A stretch of DNA of 64,000 bases from Antedon mediterranea (lineage: Eukaryota; Animalia; Echinodermata): NCBI RefSeq assembly GCF_964355755.1, contig NC_092675.1, positions 21,796,912 through 21,860,911 of the forward strand, in the 5' to 3' direction. Position numbers and translations under genes: made by a program. The notes under the pieces are model-generated. The model was not told the origin of the DNA. It ran no database searches and was given only the letters and a program-made list of their open reading frames with translations. Positions 1 to 11,900 of this stretch are shown in pieces (position 1 is the first letter of the stretch; each line of letters begins with the position of its first letter).

Positions 1-3000
1 ATTTTCATTTCTGACTGTTTTCTACACATGGTTTTTGTACCAAATAAAATTGACTCCGTCTTACCAAAATGAAGGGATAATCTATTGTCAGAAAGCCACA
101 GATTCAGCGCTTGCAATTCATTACTTAGTCTGTTTTCAATATACTCTCGGTCTTTATTTGTGACCAAAAGGGCTGCATCGTCTGCATATAGCAACAACTC
201 ACAACCAACGGCCGATTCCATGTCGTTGACATATAGCAAAAATAGTAAGGGACCCAGAATAGATCCCTAGGGTACTCCACACTTGACGTCAAGAAATGTT
301 GATTTAGTACCTTTTATGTCAACAACTTGGGATCTACGGTGGAGGTATGATTGCATCCATGACAGAGATAGACTAGTAAAACCCATGGCCTTTAATTTAT
401 ACAATAATATGTCGTGGTCTACTGTGTCGAACGCCTTTTGAAGGTCAATTATTATCATACCAGTCATTTTCCCTTTATCCCATCCATTTCTAACAGAATC
501 CGATAGATGTATTAGACATGTTTCTGTAGAAAATGAAGGTCTAAAACCTGATTGATAGGTATAAAGAAGTGATTGGTCGTTTAAGTAACTCATTAATTGA
601 TTATACATAATACGTTCTATAATTTTAGACACTGCAGATAGAATAGAAACGGGTCTATAGTTTCCAGCATATAATCGATCTTTCTTTTTGTAAATAGGCA
701 CTACCTTAGCAGATTTCCAATCAGAAGGGATATAACCGGTTGAAATGGATATATTTATAATATGGCTCAGTGGATGTAAGATGGCCAGAGCCCCATCTTT
801 GAAAAATCTGGCAGGTAAGGAATCTAAACCCGCACCTTTCTTACTATTTAAGTTGTTTATTATCGTTAGTACGGTTTGTTCATTTACTTCTTTAAAGGCA
901 AATACACCTTTTTTATCTGCATAGTAATGTTTAACGTGGTTTTCATTGTAAGTATTAGATGAAGGAGGGAGTTTGTTGACTAAATTTTCAGGAGTATTAA
1001 TGAAAAAGGAATTTAAATAGTCAGCAATCGAGCTTTTGTCATAAATTATTTTATCTTCACATTTTAGAGCAATGTTTTCAGATTTATTTTCTGTTCCGGT
1101 ACCTAAACTTGTTAAAACATTCCATAATTTGTTGGGGTTATTTTTATTTTCCTTTAGTTTGTCCGAAAAATAAGATGACTTAGCTCTTTTTATTTTATAT
1201 TTTACAGAATTTCTTAACTTTTTAAAGACAGTAAATATGTGCTCATTACGAGTTCTCTTAAATTTAGCTAAGCATTTATCACGTTTAATGATCAGATATC
1301 TAATTTCTGATGTGAACCAGGGTTTGGAACGTTGTTTAATTCTTATTTCTTTTAAAGGAGCAACTTGGTTGATGGCATTTATCATTTTTAGTTTGAACCA
1401 GTCCCATGCAGTGCAGACATTTGTGCAATTTGTGATATCGGACCAATCTAATTCATTTAATTTAGAAGTAAGTAGTTCTGATGAGAATGATTTCATAGAT
1501 CGTATTTTAATCGTCTTATGCCTCTTAATCGGGATTTTAACTATCTTTCTGGTGCAGTAAGTTATAAAATGATCACTGACACCGTAAGGGATAACTCCGT
1601 ATTGGAAAATGTTAAGAGGTTCGGATGAGAAAATAAGATCTATGATGGTAGAGGTAGTGCAAGTAATACGTGTTGGGTCCTTAATAAGTTGGGTGAGATT
1701 AAACATATTACAAAATTGGGACACCCATTTATTTTTACTTAAATTATTAGATGATACATCTACATTAAAGTCACCTAAAATAATAACTTCTTGACCTTGT
1801 AAAATATCTCCACAGATTGTCTCAAGTGAGGTAAAAAACGATCGCTGCTTTTCAGGTCGGTAACAGGTTCCGATTAGAATAGGTTTGGTTTTAGGTAATA
1901 GTATATTTATCCATAAAGATTCAATATCATCGTTTTGGAGATCATCTCTCACGTTGTAGGTAAGATCATTTCGTATATAGAGGCATACGCCTCCTCCAAC
2001 ACTATTCGTACATCTATCTTTTCTTTCAATTGAATAATTGTCGATACTTATTTCACTGTTATTTACAGATTTATCCAGCCAGGACTCACTAATTGCTATT
2101 AAGGATACATCAGTCTTTTTTGCAATAGACCGAATTTCATCGATTTTTGGAAGAAGGCTTTTGGTGTTCAGGTGTAAATAATGGAGACCTTTGCATCTGA
2201 AGATTTCAGATAACAATGTATCGGGGTCATCACACGAATCGTTTGTAAGAGTTGATGTATCGATATCGCGGTGGTCATTTGAAGTATCGTTAACATCAGC
2301 GTTGCTAAACGGCAGGTTTCTAAATACACATTCTTGGCATTCATATGCAAATTCTTCCCCTGAATGACATAGATCAGTATACTTCTTTAACGGGAAGTTT
2401 ATGCAATTTATGTGCGACCAACGATCACAATTATCATACGATATAGCTCGACTGGTTTTGATTATTCCTTTTGAACAAACTATACATGGGCACTTAGGTT
2501 TTCTTCCTCCGGTAGGCCCCGGGCATGGATGGACATCGCCAGCTAGCATAAGACCAAAAAACAAAATAAAGCTGTCGGCTTTCGTTCTAGTTGTTTTTAT
2601 TTTTTGCTTTGATGTTCGGTTATTGACAGGTGTAAATAATTTAGATACAAATATGCTGTATAACTTACTTTGACCGTGTTTAAAAGACTTGTTTGGTATA
2701 GGCCTACATTTTGTAATAAATGTATTGTAGTTAACATCTCGATGTATGTGTATTTCCGATGAGCTCAGATCGATACAAATCCGAATTGATAATGTTGCAC
2801 CGATAACAGGTACAATAGTAAGTTGTTGGCCATTATGATGCTAGGTCACGGCCGCTCGAGAGTTAGGCTTGAGGAGTGGTATTACAACGAGTGACGTCAC
2901 TAGCACACTGGCGGGTGATTTGAAGGCAAGTCAGCACACACGCAGATACTTAGTTTAGCCTACACTAATCATGTGTCAAAATCCACTCAAAGGCAGCTTC

Positions 3001-3148
3001 GTCGATGCAATCAGATCGTAGAAAATGCAATAAAACTGGTTCAACAAAAATTACAGATAAACAGGGAAACATCAAAATCGTGAATCTAAGGTAATAATCA
3101 AGTAGAATACTATCGTCAAAGAAAACACGTCCTGTCTCGATCTCGATA
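1..3148 (-). mobile_element. CR1/L2-group non-LTR retrotransposon, near full-length 5' end, 3' part runs off the window; ORF2 with 2A-like motif, PHD finger, APE endonuclease and RT, disabled by a nonsense codon
   Basis: ORF 267-2564: LMLAGDVHPCPGP, then CIVC..(C>Y)DNC..HINC..CQEC PHD finger, APE motifs HLNTKSL, AISESWL, GGGVCLY, YRP, LGDFN, IDLIF, SDH, and RT motifs NYRPVSIL, QSGFR, DLQKAFDTVDH. GVP*GSILGPLLFLLYVND...YADD (YADD at 177-188) continues in frame past a TAG at 267-269 (CAG>TAG). 5' boundary near 3148 is approximate. Confidence 0.93.
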
Positions 3149-3149
3149 C

Positions 3150-4130
3150 GGCTGTATTAGGCTATGTGTGTACACTCGCACACACCAACACAAATGCATA
3201 ATATATGCATCTATATTTTATGAGTGAAGCATTTTAAGTTCTGTAATTCGATAAAATGTCTCTTTTTACATATTTTTTTAGTATTTTATAATTTTTGTTA
3301 ACAATATCTAAGTGATTTCTACAGAGCTCGTTCCATAGTTTCGGTCCGTGAATACTGATAAAATGTTGACCAGACGTTAACCTAGAGTATGGTTGTTTTA
3401 CGCTACAAATATTTCGAATATTATGGGTAGTATTTTCGTTTCTTTTGAATATCATTTGGATTCGTCTGGGTAAAACATTGCTTTTAATCTGGGCCATGAA
3501 ACCTAGGACGGTAACTCTGTTGATATCTTGTATGTTAAGTATATTTAATTGCTTAAACAGTGGCTCAGAATGTTGCCATGGCTTTTTAAATAAAATTATT
3601 CTAGCAGCCTTTTTCTGGAGTTTAAGAAGGGATTCTAGTGTACTATCATATGTACTGCCCCAAATAATGTTTCCATACTGAAGGTGCGGTAGAATTAATG
3701 TATTATACAAATTTGTTAAAATATAATTAGGAAAAAAATGTCTAGTTTTTATCAATATTCCAATAGACCTAGCGGTTTTTTTGCTAATAAGCCTTATATG
3801 ATTTTTCCAGCAAAGGTTCTCATTTATTACAACCCCAAGAAATGTTACATTTTTTTGTTGTTCTAAAGTAATGTTATTCATTTTCAAATCAATGTTGGTT
3901 GTAATAATACGCCTTTGGGCAGTTTTAAAGATTACGTAATTTGTTTTGCTGGTGTTTAATAAAAGTTTATTAGCTTTGAACCACATATTAATTCTATCTA
4001 GTTCCACATTCATAGTGTTTGCCAATGCGTTCAGGTTATTTCCACACTTGAATCGTGTTGTATCATCGGCAAAGCTAATTAATTCAATTTGTGTACTTGA
4101 GTTACATATATCGTTTACATATACAAGGTA
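3150..4130 (-). mobile_element. 5'-truncated CR1/L2-group LINE fragment (RT C-terminal half and 3' UTR)
   Basis: Frame open from about 4130 to the stop at 3234: LVYVNDI..SFADDT..WFKANKLLLNTSKT..FLGVVINENLCWKNHI..LILPHLQYGNIIWG..LQKKAARII..GPKLWNEL, typical CR1/L2 RT tail. Confidence 0.9.
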
Positions 4131-5905
4131 TATACATTAAATATTATGTACCAAACGTTTGTAATTTAAAGATGCGTTATTATACTGTTGATACAGACGA
4201 ATGCACATAAAAGCGAAAGCACACCTTTTGTTTGTGTTTCTTTGGAATTTACAATCAAACGAGTATATGCTTGTCACGGTGTACGCTTCCATAGATCAGT
4301 AGCATCCAGGATAAATTTGTGGTAACCGGTTAAATGGCAGCGTAAAATAACCGGTTAAAAACACCCATTCTTCAATTTCGGTGAGAACGCCGTTTAACCG
4401 AAGAAGTTATAATTGTTCAATTGAAGAACAGTACGAAACAACAAAAAAGGTTTAAGTGAAGTATATAATATGGCTATTTTATTAAAAAATATATTGTGAG
4501 AGCATTCATAATAGGTCTATAGGATTATGGCAAGGCACTTCTAAATGTTATTGTTTTTTGTTTTTTTTTTCTAGGAATATTCCATGTCTGCTGTACAGGA
4601 AAGATATTTGGGTGAATGGAAAAAAAGCGTTTCAGATCCGCTACGCCAGAGACACTAACGATGACTATGCAGGAGTTTAAGACAAGGTTTTCTACTTGCT
4701 AATCATGACATTAACATAGTGTTAAACTATTTTGTTTTATCTTATGTTGGTTTATCTCAGTTTTATTTATTTACATATTTTCATTTCAATACATATTATC
4801 ACACTGATTTTTGTTTTTATCTTTTCTCTACATAATTTCCTCTTTGTATACATTATTATCTATTAATAACACATTTTCATTAATAAGCTTATTTTTTCTT
4901 ATATAGTCTTTCATACAATTATAATACATTTATGTTTAATAAATCCTATGGGTTTGTACAATTTTATTTTTCTTTGGATTTATCTATGCAAACATATAAC
5001 AATGCATATTCTGTCTTATACTAATTACTTGCTAACTATTTACTGTAAACATAATATTTTTCTCATCCTTTAACATTGATTTTTTGGTTTTTTAATATTT
5101 TTTTCAAAATATATTTCCACATATTATCTTTTTTGGCATCTATAGGCCTAACCCATCAAATTTTCATTTAACTTTTCCTTTTTTTTATTTAATTTTATTC
5201 TACTTTTTTTTTAAACTTGTTTTTTAAAAATATATTTCCATATATTCTTTTGTTTATACATACATTATCATTTAACCAAATTTATGTATAATAATCTATT
5301 TATAAACTTGAACATTTTTTTCTTTTTAACAATTTTATCATTTTAAATTTCACATGCAATACGAATTTGCATATTTACATATATATACATACATAAAATC
5401 TTTGATCAATACATATTTCACTACTTAAAAATAAAACTACTTATCCTTTATTATTGTTTTTTTTTGTTATTATCAATCTATAAAAAGCTTTTCACATTTT
5501 GTTTTTGTTTTTAAAATCATCTAGTTATTATTAATACATATTTACAAAACATACAATGTAGTAGCACACAAAAAAAACATAATAGATCATTCATTGTATC
5601 TCATCACTCTGCTAACAATCATCATTTTTATTTCTTAAGCGAAACAATAAAAATAATTATAGAGTTATTCAATGAGAAGTATTTTTATCCCCGATCTGTG
5701 AAAAATATGTTACTTTTACTGCAGAAGTTTATGTTATAGCGCCTCACTGCATGGTTTTATCTATAGCCTTGAATTTACTTTGAATTAACCTTGACTTCAG
5801 GATAATTGATCTATTTTCCTTTTGATAATTTGCTGTTGAATTCACTCTACGACAAACCCACAATGGCTATATGCAGGGAGTTATCTAATAACAACTCCCT
5901 GCTAT

Positions 5906-8900
5906 ATGGAAGGACACAAACTATTTTCACTAAAAATGGGAAGATTTGATATTTTGAAAAACTTAGCTGAATCTGTTTTTGATCAGTTTGTCGTTAAAAG
6001 ATTCACGATTAAAGATAACATTCGAAGTTTGGGTATTGGAAGTGCCATAGGTAAGTGCAATAATAACTATTTTGAGGACCAATTATTGATACTCAATCAA
6101 TGTACCAACGTCGGTTACATGAGATCCTATTGTGGTCCCAGCCAGGCCTTTCCATGAGAAGCCATAGTGGAGGATGCAGAAGGTCTTGAGATTTTACAAA
6201 ATGATTCGTCAGTAGCATAGCGTAAACATACTAAACATTAACTAGATTTGAACTCGTCAAAGATTATGCCATTATGACCTGAAAAATAAATGTTAGTGTG
6301 CTCTCTATTTGTTTCTAAGTATATATATTAGTATACACTAAATTCTGTATACATACAGTGTAGCATGGTCGGGACCCGCCTTTTATTCCAATCATCAAAA
6401 TGAAACATGAAGATAGCATGCAATTTCGAAAGAAAATAAACATATTAACATGTTGAAGGGATTCGAATACGTAGAATATAGATACGCGCTCTTTAAAATG
6501 TAATAAACGTTTTTTATTCAACTGGCCATATGATGACGTCACAACATCCGATTGGCAAAATGTTTACATGAATTCGTATCTACAATCCAATAGCTTCCAG
6601 AAAACGTTTTCATTATCACTTTTCACAGATTTCCGCCAAGGTGCGAATAACTAATTAAAAGTCGGTACTGCTAACTTATACAGTATCGATATATATTTTG
6701 GATAACGTTTAGATAACTAACCACGTACACACACTTGGTTTCAATCAAGATAATAGAGCTGACATATATATATAAACATATCAGGCAAAGAACATTAATT
6801 CTACACCGCCCGGTGATATACTGAAATTTATTAAATTAATTAATTTGAAACGATAAAGATGAGGAAATCTGTGAGAATGAGAAAAAGTCGTAAATCCAAA
6901 GGCAAATTACTGAAAAAAATGACAATGCTGTGGGTATCAGTGGCTGGATCACAATGGAGATACAAAATAAAAGCGAAAAGCTAAATCAAAACGAGAAGTA
7001 AAACAGCCAGAAAAGTTAGCAGAGCTTTCGGGCAACACTAGCCCTTCATCAGTGCATATATATACATACATACATTTTGAATCCAGGGTTTGAAAAAGCA
7101 GGGGAAAAGAAAGGGGAATAGGTCAGGTAAAATTAAATGCTGAAGTGAACCTAATATCGGTTATGCTATATTTTGCATTGTAATTTTCGGTAGAAATTCA
7201 GGTGGATTTTGAAGTTACAGTTTGGTATACAGATTTTACTGACCGACGATCATGGCGTCCTCTGTAATACAATGTCCACTCTCTAAGTAAAGCCTTGTAT
7301 AGAATTGCATTGTATACTGCATTGTACTGGAATTGTAAAGCATTGTATACATTGTGGTGCCATCTTTTTTAGAAGAAAGCAAACAAGACAAAAACGTGAT
7401 ACAAGACTCATTGCATAATATGATACTATATACAATTGCTTGGATTATATGGGAGTCGGTACTTTTTAACAACACTGCCCAGAATTTAGGTTCTGACATA
7501 ATACTCAATTATTATACATTTAATGATTTGTTGTTCCTAAAAGTCTGGAAAATGCTGTAGTATATATCAAGTCAAGTCAAGTCAAGTCAAGTATCATTTA
7601 TTATCATTTGTTTTAGGAAAAACATAGAAATTCTGTTTGCTCTGTTGGCGGAGCACAATATCCAACGGACACAACACGAACTCAAAAACAAAAACATTAC
7701 AAGTGTCTACATCATATTTAAGGCTCTAATAGATCCTGGAAAGAAACTATTTGTAAATCGTGCCTTATTGGCCTTAATAGAACGAAATCGCCGACCGCTG
7801 CGCATCAACTGGAACATACTAGAGGCCGGATGAAAATGATCATCTTTGATAGCCACTGCCTTTTTCAGAAGACGATCCGAAAATATGTTCTCCAAAGGCA
7901 GTTGTGTAGATCCAATTATACGCGATGCGGTCTTGACTATTCTATTTAGGTCACGCTTTTCATTTTCGGTAGCGCTACCGAACCATACCGTTAAAGAATA
8001 CGTTATTACACTCTCTATAACTGACCTATAGAAGGACGACATTATTTCAGAGTTTATACCAAATGATTTAAGTCTACGTAGGAAGTAGATTCTTCTTTGG
8101 GCCTTTCTAATAATGTTACGTGTGTTAATATGCCACTTCAGATCATTTGAAATATAAATACCCAAGAATTTAAATTCTTCTACAAACTCAACTGATATAC
8201 CATTAATAAATATTGGATATTTGACATTAAGTGATTTACGGAAGTCAACAACCATTTCTTTAGTCTTAGATACATTCAAGAACAGATTGTTTTCGTTACA
8301 CCAGTCTACAACTCGTTTAACTTGGTTGCGATAATTAGACTCATCACTGTCATCATTGATTAGACCTACAATGGTAGTATCATCCGCAAATTTAGCGATG
8401 TGACAGTTACTGTAGTAGGTAACACAGTCATAGGTAAATAAAGTAAAAAGAAAGGGCGACAGTACACAGCCCTGTGGTACACCTGTATTTATAATACGCT
8501 TATCTGATATAATGGTATATATATAATGTTTTTCTACTTATGTGATATCCCCTACCTAAATTTTGGAATCCCAACGGATCTGAATAATTTTATATCAAAT
8601 TCCATATTCCATTACCTAAAACAATGTTTTAAGAACATTATAACTAAACGTCTACTTCATATGACTAAACAAGTTCAAGATATACCCTCCAATTTGTTTA
8701 TCAAAGAAACCATACGATATTGTTTTTTTCACACAAATAGATAAGCATAGCTCATAGTTAGATCATTATTAATATGTTTATTTAATGCACTGCACTGTTT
8801 ATTAGAAAATTGAGTTAATTTTTAAGTTAAAAAAAATAATTAGGCCTAATTACTTTTAGAATGGCTTTGATAGTTGAACATGTGGTTAATTAAGTACCAC

Positions 8901-11900
8901 AACGGTGTGTGACCTCGTTGGTACTATATTCTCCGTTATGGTTTAAAATCCAAGAGATGTGTTCGATAGTAATTCTGACGTTACCGTCTTACTGGCCAAT
9001 TACACGAAATAAGGAAGTTATAATTTACTACAGGAAGAACTGACAGGACCTTTAGTTTAAAAAGACATGGTAGTAGAATACAATCATATAGGATGTATAA
9101 TAGATCATAAAACTGAACTGGAAATCAGATGCAGATAATTATTTTATAAATAATATCGAAGAATGTATTGCGGGGAAAATGGTATAAACGTTCATGGTTA
9201 AGTTAAGAAAATGTTAATCATGTATTTTACCGCCATTTTTAATTTTTACATTTTAATTAACAATGTATCTAAAATTTTAAATGAAAACAGATATGGTTTA
9301 TACTGAATTCAAGCATCTCATTTTGGAAATATACCTGTATTTTAACTACTTTAAACACTTACTTTTAATTGTCACAAATATACTTATATGTATATTATAT
9401 ATTCATCACTGAGAATTTAAATAAACGTGAGAAGAACTCACACAAGACAAAAAAAAAGTTTAGTAAATAATAAACGACACCAAGCAGGGTGTTCATTGCT
9501 GTAGGCCTATTCCTTTTATAACGTACCTGAGTAGACTCTTGTTATTTCATCATATTATATTCATTTAATACTTCAATTATTTCATTACCGTATACAATAA
9601 CGATTTTTAATATTATATAATTTATATATAGTACAGGAAAGATAAGCTCAGAATCAGTAAAAGGTTGAAAAAATTGCAACTAAAAGTTTTTTTTAACAAA
9701 ATGGCCGCCAATGGCGAAAAATGTCTAAAAATGAACAAAAAACATATATTGTATATCTAATTACCACTTGATAGCAGTTTTTATAATGCTTTTTATATTT
9801 CTTTAGTGTCAAACATTTCAACTGCAATATAAGTGCTATTTGGCAGCAAAACACACATTTAAGTATTAAGATATAATAATAGACAACGTACGGTAGTCCT
9901 ATGCATTATAATGCAGGACTACGGTGTCTAATAAAACAGTTCATATTTACATTGTACTGTCACAACAATAGAATTATACAATCTTACAATCTATTAATCT
10001 ATTCATTTTATTATCCGGTTATCATCGTCTGTCTATAGGTAGGAATTGAGCATGTGCTGATGCCGTGGTATTCTTCACAAACAGTGGTACTGGGGGTAAA
10101 TTTCTCATCAATGGACACACCACGCCATTTGTAACTTTCCGTCCCCCAGTCTGTGGGTTGAAGAGTATTTTCTATCTACTGCCACTGCTGTACCATGGTA
10201 ATAGACATGCAGGGAATGACATTTTGCAGCACTTGTTGTTGGGGGAATAGATTTTATTTATGCTAGAACGTATTCCTACAGAATGCCATGCCAATTCCCC
10301 TGATGCGATGCTTTCTTTTTTGGGGACGTTTGGTTTTACAGAGTTTGTAAGCATTCAGGTGTGATGACTTTTTAAGACTAACACCATGTATAAAATGCAA
10401 ATTAATTTGTACAGTTAAGCTTCATACCAAGGAAAGACTTTACATGCATTCACAAGGCATAGAGAACATACAGTATTAAATCAATGAATGAAGAGCAACC
10501 GTGACAGAATATTAATTTAATAGGAAAGAACATATTATTACACTATGGGTCAAAATCAGCCATATTCATCAATAGAGAAGCAGTCCACATTCCCTCACAT
10601 AATACTATTTCATCATTGATGGCTGAGAGACAGTCATACACATGCATAATTTGTTGAAAAGGAGCCTTGTACTTTTCCTGCAGCCCTCTTTTACTCCATT
10701 AACTCCATACATACTGTTAGACTACTCAGAAACCTTCATCTCACTGCCCTCTGTATGTTATCAATGGGGGAGCACTGCTACAATGGAGACTTTAGACAGC
10801 CTACTTTTCTTTGAGAAAGTTGCAAAAAGCAAAATGTCAGCTTAAAAAATCTATTCCCTCAAAATGCTGCAAAATTGTATTTCGTGAGTCTTTATTACCA
10901 GGTATAGCAGTGAATAGGAAATACTCTTCAACCCACAGACTGGGGATGGAAAGTTACAGATGGCAAGATGTGCCTATTGATGAAAAATGTATTACCAGCA
11001 CCAGAGAAACTATTAAAGTTGATTAGATATATCTGTAAATAAGGTTGTAGTATTAAAAATGAATTGCAGTTGCAGAAAATATTGTTTGGACTGCTGCTCC
11101 ACTATTTTTTAAGCATCAGCACATGCTCAATTCCTCACCAATAGATGGAGGATGAGATACTGACAAGATGAAAGTGAAATGACCGTATTTATTTGAATAA
11201 ATGCCCTTGGTGGTTGATTGTTAAGGAGGGTAGCGGGGCATGTAATCGTCATGAGGAGTTTATTCGGGAGGCGTTTATTTTTTTTGAGTGTAATGTGGAA
11301 TTCATAATGATGTCCGATGGGAGAGTGGGGGGTGTCCAGGATGTGGTGGGGTAGGTTAATCAAAATGATTTCCTATGGGGGTGGGGGGGGGCTTTATTCG
11401 ATTTTTCAAAACGTAGCATTTATCCGAATAGATACGGTAATAGATTGTAGTCCAGTGATGGTGCAAAGATTTTTCCCGATGAGGGGGGGAGGGGGTGCGT
11501 GCGCGCGCCGCTAGCATCATTTGGCTGGGCCATCATAGGGAGAACCCCTGGAAGTTCTGACAATGTTATACCAGTAAAGGGTAGTTTTAGTCACTTTTAA
11601 AATGAAATTCCTTGAACAGCACTCAATGGGGTATTGTTTTATATTAGGAAATATATTGTCTACATATACTCCCGGACATGGCCAATCCTCCCCATTGGGG
11701 GTGGGGACCGGACAGACCCCACTCACCCTTCCCATATGATCTCCCATCCCTATACTCCTCCCCGTTGGCACCACTAAGGTTGTGATATATTGTTATAACA
11801 GTACAAATGTAAATGAACTGATTTATTAGACACCGTAGTCCTATGCATTAAGCATAGGACTGCGTTTTATATATTATAATATAAATAGATATATCTAGAT

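Noticed and set aside
1237-2673. Plus-strand ORFs 1237-1560, 1609-1794, 2401-2673 (also 85-270, 3445-3681, 7645-8031)
   Set aside because: Antisense shadows of LINE coding regions with no recognisable motifs.
4690-5620. Mitochondrial insertion (numt) suggested by T-richness
   Set aside because: No recognisable mitochondrial protein, rRNA or tRNA sequence.
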